Below, in pieces: positions 25,835-39,081 of a stretch of 64,000 bases of DNA; the first letter of the stretch is position 1, and every line of letters starts with the position of its first letter. A program made the translations under genes and the position numbers. The DNA comes from Octopus bimaculoides (lineage: Eukaryota): NCBI RefSeq assembly GCF_001194135.2, contig NC_068989.1, positions 25,818,614 through 25,882,613 on the forward strand. Reading direction: 5' to 3'. Under the pieces are notes generated by a model that saw nothing but the letters and a program-made list of their open reading frames with translations, was not told the DNA's origin and ran no database searches.

Positions 25835-26355
25835 AGACAGACCAGGGTAGTAGTGGCTAATGGAACCACCTCAAAGGAAACACAAATAGTAAGGGGTGAT
25901 CCACAGGGCACGGTCTTAGGGCTACTGTTATTTATAGTAGAGATATATATTTGATATATATGATATATATTTAGAAAATCCTGGAAGGTCTTTACCAGGC
26001 TTTGGCATTGAAAGTTACACAAACAGCAAAACAGGACGCCACTGCATAGTTCCAAAGATCTCACTAGTGCCATCAAAATACAGGACCAGATACTGCAACA
26101 GCTTGGCTATCAAGGGCCCACAATATCATTCCAATATGCCTGAGAGACCTACATGGTGTGGATGTAGGTGTCTTCAAAACAAAACTGAATCTCCTCCTGT
26201 GAAGGGTTCCAGATGAGCCCAGCTTACGACAGGTAACACGACACCATCAAACTCCCTGGTTCATCAAATGCCAAATATCACAGGAGGTTTACAAAAATGG
26301 AGGAGTAGCACAGCCAACATGCATTACAGCAGATTTCAGCTGAAACAAATTAAAG
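25835..26355 (+). mobile_element. CR1/L2-type LINE remnant (RT motif joined to 3' end)
   Basis: RVVVANGTTS..RGDPQGTVLGLLLFIV matches the SGVPQGxVLGPLLF motif. It is followed by post-RT-like sequence with a large deletion. Confidence 0.7.
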
Positions 26356-27476
26356 AGTGTATATATATATATATATATATACACAAGAGAAAAAGGCCAG
26401 GTCAGTTCCTTCTCAATTTTATTCGATTGTCAAAGAATATGTATGAGAATATGTATATGTATATGTATTTTTCCATATGTGTATTTTCATACACTGTTTT
26501 TAACACTGTTTTTAACAATTTCACCTTAATATGACAATCAGTATGTAACACTACAAAGTTCATACAAAGCTTTATACTTTAAATATATTTTATCATCAAA
26601 GAATGTATATATGCATTTTAATACTCAGACTGTTTTTTAACATTTTTTATTATTCTCANNNNNNNNNNNNNNNNNNNNNNNNNNNNNNNNNNNNNNNNNN
26701 NNNNNNNNNNNNNNNNNNNNNNNNNNNNNNNNNNNNNNNNNNNNNNNNNNNNNNNNNNNNNNNNNNNNNNNNNNNNNNNNNNNNNNNNNNNNNNNNNNNN
26801 NNNNNNNNNNNNNNNNNNNNNNNNNNNNNNNNNNNNNNNNNNNNNNNNNNNNNNNNNNNNNNNNNNNNNNNNNNNNNNNNNNNNNNNNNNNNNNNNNNNN
26901 NNNNNNNNNNNNNNNNNNNNNNNNNNNNNNNNNNNNNNNNNNNNNNNNNNNNNNNNNNNNNNNNNNNNNNNNNNNNNNNNNNNNNNNNNNNNNNNNNNNN
27001 NNNNNNNNNNNNNNNNNNNNNNNNNNNNNNNNNNNNNNNNNNNNNNNNNNNNNNNNNNNNNNNNNNNNNNNNNNNNNNNNNNNNNNNNNNNNNNNNNNNN
27101 NNNNNNNNNNNNNNNNNNNNNNNNNNNNNNNNNNNNNNNNNNNNNNNNNNNNNNNNNNNNNNNNNNNNNNNNNNNNNNNNNNNNNNNNNNNNNNNNNNNN
27201 NNNNNNNNNNNNNNNNNNNNNNNNNNNNNNNNNNNNNNNNNNNNNNNNNNNNNNTGTTTCAAATAGAAAATAGAAACTACATGTGGAAAAGATATGGGGA
27301 AAGTTAAAAGAAAAGAAACCGAAAATTCACTTTGGATATCAAACAAATAAAGGCTTTTTTTTATGACAAGTAACGATAAATATATACAATTACATGAACT
27401 AAGGTAGAATTAAGAGGAATAAAAGTCATTATTGTGAATTGTTAAAGAGATTCAAATTCGTACCGGTATCGTCAAT

Positions 27477-27658
27477 TGCTGTTCACTGGCTTTGAATACA
27501 AACCGATTACCAAATGTTGTTGGGTCTACTACTCCCTGAGTAAAAAGATTACGTGTAATGGAGATAAGTAGTTCTGGACCCGGTGCAATTAGGCTAGATA
27601 TAATACTGTAATATTACAACACTGGTAATCGGTGCGCATTCAAAGCCAGTGATCAGCA
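27477..27658. mobile_element. MITE-like element with ~43-bp imperfect TIRs
   Basis: TGCTGTTCACTGGCTTTGAATACAAACCGATTACCA pairs with TGGTAATCGGTGCGCATTCAAAGCCAGTGATCAGCA. Confidence 0.75.
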
Positions 27659-28405
27659 ATAATAATAAAGCATTTATTAGTATTAAGTTAAAATAGTATT
27701 AAGTGAAAAAATACCTTCATGATCACAAATTACTGATGTCCATTGGCTTTGATTGAAATATTAGTGAGTTTATTTGGACCGTCTATTTAAGCAAATCTGT
27801 TGTTTGTAGCATTCGAATCTAAACTGATGAGCATTTCAACGCAATAAAATTCAGATCTTGCCGTCCATGCACGATAAGAGGGATCCAAATCTGTTTTTCT
27901 TTTTCCATTAAATATCTCCAGTCTCGAAGTTCATATTCGATTGTTACTCTGTTGATATCTATCCTTTTTACTGTGACCATGCTATCGGGTTGTCTTTCCT
28001 AACACTTAATTTCACTCAGTATTTACTTTCTATCTTGTTTTCACTGAGCTTTGCTATTTTCTCTCCCACTTCTGATATAAATTTCTGTCCTTTCGTTTTT
28101 TAAATTTCTCTTTTTCATACCTGCCTTTCTTTTCCTTAGTTACTCTTCCTTCATCCTGCTGCAAACATCCCCGCTGCGGTGTAATTACCAGGACCTTCAT
28201 TCCCATTCTTTCGTATTGAAATTTTCATCGACAGCAGGTGCCTTCTAATCCTCTACTTTTCCACGTGTTAACACCAGACAAAAGTTTCTTCTTTCGTTTC
28301 TCTCACGCTCTCTCTCTCTTCCTTCCGTCCCTCTCCCCACGCGCACACACACACGCGCATACACACACGCGCATACACACACGCGCACATACACAAGCAC
28401 TAGCA

Positions 28406-28470
<65 letters not shown>

Positions 28471-28599
28471 GTACACAATATTATACACAGGAACATGTAT
28501 ACATATATACAGATAGATATCAATTTGCATTCAGAACACATTCACAGACGTTGGCACCTATAATTTTACTATTCAATATTTAAAATTAATATCTAATAT

Positions 28600-28700
28600 T
28601 TTGCTCCCACCACCGCTTGATAACTAGTGTTGGTGTGTTTAAGTTCTCTAACTTAAGCGGTTCAATAAAAGAGGCCAATAAAAAGTACCAGGCCTACAAA
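28600..28700 (+). mobile_element. SINE family A tail fragment
   Basis: CCACCACCGCTTGATAAC..GTTGGTGTGTTTA..AACTTAAGCGGTTC. Confidence 0.7.
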
Positions 28701-29719
28701 AGAAAGAACTGGTGTCGTTTTGTACAATTAAAATTCTGATGACAGTAAAATATAAAAGAACCACTAAATTCCTTAAAACTGTAATCTATGGGAGGTAACT
28801 CTTGCACTGTGTCGTGAAAACCTCTAACGGTCGCTTTACGTGCTAGTAATAGCAAACCAATTGCTTTTAAACCGGATTCCAATGGTTGATGTTCAAGAAA
28901 CAGATGAAGGGCAGAGTTTCAATCCTGCCAAGTTCCTGATTCCAAAAAGCTATAATATGTATATGTAGAACAAATATAAACTTAGGTACAGGGTCTCACT
29001 CCAACAGACAAAATTTCGCGTATATTAATATATATATTTATTTATATTTATATATACATATATGTATACACGCACAAACACTCACACGCACGTCCTCACG
29101 CACATATACAAACACACACACATACATATACACACTATTAGAATTTTCTGAAATAAAACTTTTTTGTTAATATATAGCGTCATATTCAAGAGAGCTAATA
29201 TCGACAACTTGAATTTAATAAAAATAACTTATTGACAGTTATACAAAGCAACCTTCAATAGCATTGTTTGATTATTATCTTTTCAAATTTATGACTGATC
29301 CAAAGGAAATAGTTTCCATTCCCTTCTCTATACCAACGTTATTTGCATATGAAATCTAATATTATTTCGAATTTGTAATGAAAAAAAGGTTCTTCCTTCT
29401 AAACCAGATCATGGGCTTAATTTCTCCGGTTTGAAATAATTCCTAAGAGATAAATCACATCATGTAGAAATTTTGCATTATGCATCCATTATATTTCTGA
29501 TGCTATTTATAAATATAATGCTATATCGTTCTCACATAGTGGAAATATAGAATTAAAACTTTCATTTTCATCAACTACTTCCTCTACGGAACAACAAATT
29601 AGTGAACATAATCGCTGATAACGTGTAAAGTGTCACATAGAGTATACCTGTAGGATGTGATCTCAATAATGCTTTTCTTATGTATAGATTATATCATATC
29701 AAATTATATTATAGTACAT

Positions 29720-29767
<48 letters not shown>

Positions 29768-30053
29768 NNNNNNNNNNNNNNNNNNNNNNNNNNNNNNNNN
29801 NNNNNNNNNNNNNNNNNNNNNNNNNNNNNNNNNNNNNNNNNNNNNNNNNNNNNNNNNNNNNNNNNNNNNNNNNNNNNNNNNNNNNNNNNNNNNNNNNNNN
29901 NNNNNNNNNNNNNNNNNNNNNNNNNNNNNNNNNNNNNNNNNNNNNNNNNNNNNNNNNNNNNNNNNNNNNNNNNNNNNNNNNNNNNNNNNNNNNNNNNNNN
30001 NNNNNNNNNNNNNNNNNNNNNNNNNNNNNNNNNNNNNNNNNNNNNNNNNNNNN

Positions 30054-30086
<33 letters not shown>

Positions 30087-32442
30087 CATACATACATATA
30101 TATATGCGTGTGTGTGTGTGTGTGTATGTGTATGTATACATACATATATGTGTAAGTGTTTGTGTTTATGTATGTGTATTTGTGTATCTGTGTGTGCGTT
30201 TTTGTGTGTATGTGTATGTGTTGTGTGTGTTTGTGTGTGTTTATATATGTATGTATGTATCTATATGTATATAATATACACACACATACACACATAAATG
30301 TATATAACACGCACAGTAGACGCCCACAAACGCACATATATGCTCTCTCTCTCTTACACATATGTATTCAAAATCTTTATTGCCCGAAGAACGTCGCAAT
30401 TCATGTAACCCTTAGCAGCTTATGCTGTAAATCAGTAATACTGAACGAGTAAGGAAAATGATGTGTGTATGCTTATTTTCATATGTGTGAAGAATAGTCA
30501 TAAAACACGTTGATGCGTAAGAAATAAAATTTTTGTATCCCAAAAAACTCGTAACTAAAAAAACGAAAATAATAATCTTATTGAAACATCGTGTAGTTGA
30601 CATCGATAAATATTTGATGAAACGACGCAATGAAGTGTTTAATAGAAGAGCTCTATATTCTTTGAGGGGTTAATAATGGCAAAATATCGGTCGTTCTTCA
30701 GATAATAAAACTGAAATCTTGTCCATGTCTTCTATAAATTCATGTTCAGGAGATGTGCCCCTATTTTAGATGGGAACTCTCCAATGAGTTACAACGACCA
30801 TCGTTTTTCTGTAATGCATAATTTATTTTAGAGTTTTGCAGCTTCTCATATGCTTTAATTTTTATATAGTTGAAATTATTGAATGTCATTCGGCTGATAT
30901 AATTCAAATGCCGTGGGTTCATGTAATATATCTTACTGTATCCATTTCCATTTATTTTGCATGAATACAAACATAAGCCCACACATATACACATGTTTAA
31001 TGACGCAGAAGAATTTATTTCCATCAAAATGATAGCCTTTGAATAGTTACTTATGATGAAAAAAATTCATGGATCCTATTAATCTAATCTAATACAGTAT
31101 AGTATCGTATGTCTTTCAGCATTGCGTAATTCATATATATTGAAGCCAATTTGTAGGATGCTACGGTAGCAATTGTTAGTCTATCTCTCTGAAGATTAAG
31201 CTTATCGCTGGTTTCATTTCAGAATACACATTTCAATTTTAAATATCATCATTCTCCTGATGTGATTGCAGAGAAATGCACAATCCTTCTACGAAATACT
31301 CGGTTGTTTGTTGATATATGGCCTTCATTGTTTAGTTTTAAAAATTAATAATTACTTTCAAATTGATGTCTATTGTAAAACAGAAAGAACGTACAGTGTT
31401 TTTTTTTTTTATTTATTGAAAATAGCAAAACGTATTATCATATCGTGCGATATGGGTATATTTTAATATAATTAAAGAGCTGGAGATATTGAAAAATATT
31501 CACCTAGTCACATATCCAAGACAATAAGAAAGAGGTGAATATATACATTTCTTAATTAGGACAGGTGTAATTAAATTACAATGCCCGAGAAATGCATAGG
31601 CTCGCATATCCCTTTCACTAATAAGTGTGTGAATATTAATATTAGAGTATTCCTCTGCGCCTTCATTGCATATATTTTGACAAAGTATTGGTTTCTACTA
31701 TTTGAAAAATTAAATTAAAAGCGATAGCATTCAAATTGTTTTAAACAAAATATATGTTGCAAAATACTTGAAGAGATTTCTAAGATTAATATAATAAAAC
31801 GTAAGTTCAGAGGAACAAAACGAAAACCGTTTGACCACACGAATCTCTCAAAGAAACTCACTGAAATATTTTTGTCTTTTAAATTAGTTCCATAACAATT
31901 GCGAAATTATTACATCAATACCTTTGTTAAAATAATTAATTACGAGAGATATTCCGAAAATAACATGATATTACAATTATATAATCGATGATTAACACTA
32001 TAACCCTTAAATGTTTTCAGTCAATTTTGAATACGATAGAAGCTTGATATTTGTGAGGATATAAGCATGGAGTATATCCATTGCAAGATGCTGATATATG
32101 TGTAGAGGAGTTAAAATATGCTATACATGGACTGCAGTATTATTATAAAATTGCACAGCTTTAGAATAACGGTAATAAAAGGCAAAATCGATATGTAAAA
32201 CAGTAGCCATTAGAGCACAAAAAGGATTTTAAACATTTTAAACGCAGAATTTCCGGTTCAAGTTCCTGAATAAAACTTTATTCTGAAAAGCCATTGTCAA
32301 TTCTCAGAATTTAATTATCGCCTAACCTGTCAATTTTTTCACGTGAGATTAAAATATGTCTGTTTATTTGAGTATATATATTTTTGTGAGATCGTCTATG
32401 TTTGATATATGTGTTTGCAATTAGCTATTTAAGTGTATATCA

Positions 32443-32600
32443 AATGGAGGCGTGCTGGCAGAGCCGTTAGCACACCATATAAAATAATGAATGCATTTCG
32501 TCTGGCTTTACTTTTTGATTTTAAATTCCACCAAGTTCGACTCTGCCTTTCATCCTTCAGCAGCCAATGAAATAAATACCTATTGAGCACCGATTTACCG
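32443..32600 (+). mobile_element. Old degraded SINE family B copy
   Basis: GCTGGCAGAGCCGTTAGCAC..AAATTCC..TCGACTCTGCCTTTCATCCTT. Confidence 0.75.
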
Positions 32601-33132
32601 ATAACTAAGAAATACTCCACTGTTACTTGCGAAAGATACCTTAGTTCCTTAGACACACATTGGCAATTACCTGGTGAGACGTGGCTTATCTGTCCTTATA
32701 TAAAATTTTCTTCTGCTTATGTTAGCTATGGAAGCAATGACGTTTGTACAGTGTCTGTTGCCTACATTAAGATTATTTGTAATAAAATTTATAATATTTA
32801 TAGTGCACATGAAATAATTTAATAATAAGTATGATAAATTGCAGGCAACATTGGAAACAGATGGAAATTATATGAAGTATTATCTATTATCTGTTTTGTT
32901 TCCTATCTATACCAATAAGAACATATTCAATATCCTTTTCTACTCTAGACAAGAGGCCCGAAATTTTTGGGGAGGGGGCCAGTTGATTAGATCGACCCCA
33001 GTACGAAACTAGTACTTAATTTATCGACCCCGTAAAGATGAAAGGCAAAGTCGACCTCGGCGGAATTTGAACTCAGGACGTAAAGACGGGCGAAATAGCG
33101 CTAAGCATTTTGTCCGGCGTGCTACCGTTTCT

Positions 33133-33316
33133 TATTTCTTTATTGTCCACAAGGAGCTAAACATAGAGGGGACAAACAAGGACAGATAAAGGGATTAAGT
33201 CGATTGCATCGACCCCAGTACGTAACTGGTACTTAATTTGCCGACTCCGAATGGTTGAAAGGCAAAGTCGAACTCGGCGGAATTTGAACTCAGAACATCA
33301 CGGCAGACGAAATACC
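33133..33316 (-). mobile_element. SINE B2 (B-type head and core, different tail) nested in B1
   Basis: Same core as B1, but tail CTGTCCTTGTTTGTCCCCTCTATGTTTAGCTCC..AATAAAGAAATA, joined directly to AGAAACGGTAGCACGCCGG of B1. Confidence 0.88.
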
Positions 33317-34871
33317 AATTTCTCATGCGGGCTAACATAGAGGTGACAAACTAAACATGTGGGACAAAACACGTTTATAGAAATATAAATGAATATTATA
33401 ACGTATGAAGACATGAAAATGATAAAATGGAAACGGAACCTGTCGCCCCACTTACGTGTGGCCTCATTTTCTACTTTTTTTAAATCCTGAACCTTCTAAC
33501 ACATCGATACCTGTTTCCTCTAACCACCTATCGTACATAGTAAATTCTGGGAATGAGCTCCAGCTGTAGTCCACATCCCAAAAATAAAATCCGACCATAT
33601 ACTCTTGTATTCTTTCCTCCTGCTTCTTACCTGGTATTACACACAAGTGATATTCCTCCACGTTATCATACCCCGCAGTTCCAATACACTTTATGTCCCA
33701 TTCCGCCGTATCCCTTAAGAGTTCGTCGCTAAGCAACATATAAATCCTACACTTTTTCCTTCTCTTTTTTGACTTGGTTTTGGGTTTCTTTGTATGTTTG
33801 CCTCTTGTTTTTGTGTCGGATGGGAACAGATAGGCCTAGTGTCTGCATGGAGTGGGTGGGTCTGAGAGGGTGTGGGTGGGATGGGTCTGAAATATGGTTT
33901 ACAGTTTAGCTCCCTTGCCTTTTTTCATTTTTTTCCGGTCACATTTTCCCATTTATTTTTTCCTATTTCCGCTACTTCCTTTTCTTTTTCGGTTTCTTCC
34001 TTTCTGCGACTCCCTTCTATCTTATCTTCCGTCATAATTATTTTTTCCATAATTATTGTTTCCGTAATCTTTTCCACCGTTTCTTTTGAACCTTGGACTA
34101 TCAACTCCAGTGATTGACCTCCTCAGTTGACGCACTCTTTTTTCTTGGCCTGGAGCACCACTATGTTGTCCTCATTACCAAAACGGACCGCGTCTGCCAC
34201 CCAGGTCACTTCGATCTCCGGTGGGATTCATTCAACCGTGACCCTCGTTGCTCTCATGCCTCTATACGTGGGCAACATCACCACTTCTTCGCTCCGAATT
34301 CTTGACGCTGCATATTTCCTTGCTGCTGCTGCATTACGAAACCTCACTTCTACTGTTTCAAATGTTGAACCCCTAGTCAGGTATATTATGTCTTCCCAAA
34401 TCTGCTTTAACGCCTTCTCTATTTGTTCTGTTGTGACGACATCTATTCTTCCTTTATTTATCGAAAAGTTTCGATAGCTTATCGACTTTTCCCTTAATCC
34501 GTCTTTAACCTCTTCCGGGGACGACAGCTTCACTTCAAACCCATCTCGGTTCATTTCTTCTTTGTGTCTTCCCAATCCCCTAATGTCCCCTTGTGATTCC
34601 TTGCACCTAGCTACATCAGCAAAACTCCACTTCTCTTTTATCAGTTTCTGGTCCATTGTCTTAACTGCCTCCAACAACTCCTCCTCGGACGATGACATGT
34701 CTGAGTAACTATAACTGTCTTCAAACATTCTTCAACCAGCTGTCTCTTCTTTTACGAGAAGAGAAAGTTCAAACAAATCACACACGTAAACACCCAAACC
34801 GCTGCGAAGCAGCACAAAACACTATTTAAAAAAATCACCACGTAATAACTTCCCAGAGATCTAATTCACAG
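33317..34871 (-). mobile_element. 1555-bp non-autonomous retroelement encoding only an ORF1/gag-like protein
   Basis: Exact 12-bp TSD AGACGAAATACC at 33305-33316 and 34872-34883. Has a 143-bp 5' leader, a long interrupted ORF and no RT or endonuclease motifs. Its 3' tail is shared with SINE B2. Confidence 0.85.
33464..34728 (-). pseudogene. Disrupted ORF1/gag-like reading frame of the nested element
   Basis: The 166-aa ORF (..GSTFETVEVRFRN..LPTYRG..RVTVE) continues in frame through TGA stops (*IPPEIEVTW..VN*GGQSLELIVQ..) into a Lys/Glu-rich region, followed by a 91-aa piece in a shifted frame. The RRM-like gag assignment is inference. Confidence 0.6.
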
Positions 34872-35959
34872 AGACGAAATACCGCTAAGCATTTCGCCCG
34901 GCGTGCTAACGTTTCAGCCAGGTGGCCGCCTTGAACATATTCAATATCGGCTGTAATTAGAAAGATGTGGATCTGTAACCAACTTAAAAAAAAACAAACA
35001 AAAATCTTCAGCCCTAAAACACATAGGGGCCTCGTTTCTCTAATTTGAAGTCACTGTTTAATTCGCTGGCAGAATTTAGCACTTCACTATTTTCTCTCTT
35101 CCTATAAACTGGTATCTGTGTGGATCTTTCGAGGTAACTATCCTGCATTGACATTTTTATTTGACTGTTTATCCGAATGTAAATGTATAGCGATTAATTC
35201 AGTGAAAATTTCCTTTCCTCACGCTCTCTTTGTGCGGCCGGAATTTGTTAATAATACCGAAATCTCCTCTAGGCGGCATTTCATGTAACTGTGCCTTTTC
35301 AGCTTTGTAGATGAAAGTAGCTATATGTATTCAGTTTTTCATGGTATAATTTCAGATACTCACAATGTATGCCACTTATTTTTCTGGAATTATGCATCTA
35401 TGACGCTTCCAAATTTATTTACATTCTGGTGAAGAACTTTGTTTTTATTACGCCTGATCTCTCTTGCTGATTCTATCAGCCTTATCATACTTTCTGCTGT
35501 ACTCATTATTGTATTGATATTATGTTCTTCATTACATACATTCAATTAACGTGTTTCCCTTCAAACTCCAATTTCGGATCGGTATAATTCTTGCTTAACA
35601 ATCAAATTATTGTATATATTTCTTTGATGCAAAAAGAAAAGAGGGTTAATAAATTTGTCGGTATCATTTCAATTTTCGCTACCTTACGGCATATGTTACC
35701 TCAACGACAGAAATGTCATATAAAGGCATAACTTACCCTACGTCGTTAATTGGTTCTTAAATCGAATTAACTAGTCTCTAGGCTAGGCTAGGCCGAATTT
35801 ACTTGTCTCTAAGCTAAACCGATAATAACCATTCCCATTTCTGTACTTTACTTATGAATGCATTTTCAATGATACATGGTTAGTAAAAACCTATTTTAAA
35901 GCTTACGAACAAATAATTTTTATTTTTAATACAATTCAGTAAAAAAAAGTAATCTTGAT

Positions 35960-37450
35960 TTACGAATACAATTTGGCGGTGTTTACCGTACATCGCAGAC
36001 GCTCTATTTATGAATGTGGTTTGCAATAAGACATGGTAAAATAACATCCTTTTTTAAGCTTAAAAAATAAATTCAGTAATTATTATTATTTTGCAATTGT
36101 AAAAAAAAAAAGTAAATCCTTTTAAACTTACCAATGCGTACATACACTTTGGTGGTTTACATCGCGGATGTAGATGGCTGTGGAACGTCAACATCAACAG
36201 TGGTTCTGGCTGTTTTCGTTGTTCGATGCGCTTAAAAAAAAGACTGTGGAGAGTTCCTTGAAATGTCTTTTTCTTTTCCTCATAAGGAGCAAAAGCTTCC
36301 TGACAAGCCCCCATAATCTGGCAAAATCGTTGAGCATTTGGATCCATATCCTTGAATATAAAATGTCCTTTTTCGATATATGCACGTGCTTGCTGCATTT
36401 CCTTAATAGGAAAGTGACGCGGCTCAGGTTCGACTCACACGTCTTCTTTATATTGCTGCTCGTGAAGCTCTATCAAATCCTATTTCGTCAGGGGTTGCTT
36501 GTCTTTTTCAAATAAATTTGTGAAATCCTCCTATGTACATCATTCTTATGCCGCTGTTATGTTCTGTACTACCTTGTGGATATCGTATCTCTTCCAAATG
36601 TCACCAAGTGTGATATACTCATCAACATAATTTGCAGCTATTGTTTTCTACAGCGTACGCTTGGAGGTAGCAATTATTCCCTGATCCATTGACTGCAGAA
36701 GAGACGTGGTGTTCGGAGGGAGGTATCTGACGGTAACGTTGGGGTCAAAATCTACGATGTTTAGCGGGTGGCCAGGAGCATTATCTAAGATAAGTAAAAC
36801 CTGAAAAGGAATCCCTTTATCCTTACAGTACTTCTCTGCTACTGGGATAAAATAATTGAAGTAACAATCTTCAAAAACAACAATAGTAACACATACTTTT
36901 GAATTAGCCATCAATATAGCAGGAAGAGATGCGTTGGGTGTGTTTTTTAGGGCACGGGGTTTGTGTTCATGATACACAAGTAATGACTTTAACTTCTGCA
37001 CAATTACCTCCCAACATAATGAATGAACGGTCTGGCACTTTTTTTTCAATACAATCCAGTTTCGTCTACGTTAAAAAAATTTTCTGGAAGACTCCCGTTT
37101 TCTTCGATGATTTTCTTTAAATGCAATCGGAAATTCTGCTCCTGCTTCTTCGTCAGCTGTTTCACCCTTCTTGATGGAGTGATAACTTCTTCGCTCCTTA
37201 AATCGCATTAACCATTCTTGACTTGCCGTGAAATCTTCATCCTTCTAATCTGGATATTTTTCTTCAGGTCCCGAAACAAAGACAACGCTATCTCATGAAT
37301 GAATTATTGACAAATTGTAGCACGCTGACAATTCAACCTAACAATGCAGAGAGAAAGAAGACTTACCATTTCTTTAAAGCAAGTAGCCGATAAAAAGACG
37401 TAAACAAATTTGAATTCAAAACAATCGCAGGTATCACGAGTGACAACGTC
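35960..37450 (-). mobile_element. Degraded Tigger/pogo DNA transposon
   Basis: FNVDETGLY, KPRALKN, LLILDNAPGHP, YLPPNTTSLLQSMDQGII, and a C-terminal F..MDPN..R block. Ends are approximate. Confidence 0.9.
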
Positions 37451-38168
37451 GCCTAACGGTAGATATTCGAACTACAGTGCTATATGATCTCCGAAAGACC
37501 GATAAATAAGACAGCACAACTGATTTCAGGATTTCGTTCACTAAGCCACACTACTTTATAGTGTGTGTTTTTAACACATACTTAACGTATTTTACAAAAC
37601 TTAACCTATTTTAATATGATTTTATAAGCTTTTATTCTTATTTATTGTACAGTAACATGATCTTATGTGCTTTTCATGGGTTTCTAGAGATTTTACGATT
37701 GCAATATTTGTGGCGGACAGACGTAAAGTCGAGTAAAATGACTTAACTTGATTTTTATTCTTCCATATAATATTTTTGAAAACCGACGTATAATCGAGAA
37801 CGGCTTAAGCCCAGGTATTCTTGAATTTATTAACCTCATTTTTTTCCTCTGTCATGCATTAAATATATTGCAAACATCGTTGACTCTCTTATTTCCACAT
37901 GTTTATGAATTCAGTCCCATTGTATCGAATCTTGGGAAAGTGTGAGTGGATGTGGTAGATGGAAACTGCACGAAAACCAAGGTTTATTTTTATATTGATG
38001 CTAGATCACGTTTTGTCAAACAAAGGAGAGTTAACCATTAAAATATAGCGACAAAGTAAATAGCTAGCTAAAGTAAGCTAATTTGGTCGCTGAAAGATAG
38101 CAAGAAAATCTATTCGATAGGCTGAGATATTATTAGTACAGCTAAACTAGATAGAATAAGTGGTAGGG

Positions 38169-38214
<46 letters not shown>

Positions 38215-38228
38215 GTAATAATAATAAA

Positions 38229-38756
38229 TGCCCTGAGGCAGTACCAGGCAGTTGCTTTCATGCCTTCTGATCTCAACTGATTGGAAGTGTTATCATGAAA
38301 ATTGTTTTGTCTTGGTTAACACTTGGAATACAGCAAATATTCTGCTTAATACCACAGATTTGCTTCTCTTGTGTTTGCCTTAACCAGATGAGCATGTCCC
38401 TCAATGGCTAAACGATATGTCCATGAGCATCAAAGCCATGTGTTCAGAAGAATTCTTTGCAGTTTGGATAATTCACCTTTGGAAACATGGGTGCGTCGTT
38501 GAACATCCATAAGCAACCCTTATGCAAGGACCTCGTGAGCGGGATGGGCTACTCAACCTGAAGAAAATTTTAACTGAGTCCCACCAGCAAGCTCATGCGC
38601 TGTGTATCTTGATATAAGGTCACCATGTCGAGTACATATGGTAGTGATGCAATATGCCTGGTGTACCCTTATCAGGCGGGTAGTTATGATGGGTATACTG
38701 GGCTTCCTATATTTTATCCCGGTGACATTTTGATGGCATGCACTGTTCTCTCACTC
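38229..38756 (+). mobile_element. Family F element, copy 2, between (AAT)n (38170-38228) and (AAG)n (38763-38843)
   Basis: Colinear with the reverse complement of 18058-18573. Confidence 0.85.
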
Positions 38757-39081
38757 ATTAACAAGAAGAAGAAGAAGAAGAAGAAGAAGAAGAAGAAGAA
38801 GAAGAAGAAGAAGAAGAAGAAGAAGAAGAAGAAGAAGAAGAAGAATTGAGAAACCAAGAACCAAAATAATAGATCACACATAATAGAATATTTCTTTGCA
38901 ACGGGTGGAACAATAAACTGTTAGAATTAATAATAAATCCACATAAACATTGAAACCAACATTGACCTAGCAGAGGTGAACTGTAGGTCAATATTCCTGC
39001 GGCTAGTAATAGTAGCAGCCCTACTTCTCACTGACCACCAAGAAACGGACATTTCATCCATCCAGTTTATGATTCTTTCAG

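Larger units (their letters stand above)
32935..34932 (-). mobile_element. Outer SINE B1, split by two nested insertions (head around 34932-34872, body 33132-32935)
   Basis: Identical 16-bp TSD GAACATATTCAATATC at 32919-32934 and 34933-34948. Body and tail match 12897-13110. Confidence 0.93.

Noticed and set aside
27780-28240. Possible second gag-like remnant (..IPLIVHGRQ..)
   Set aside because: Too short and not alignable to the 33464-34728 protein.
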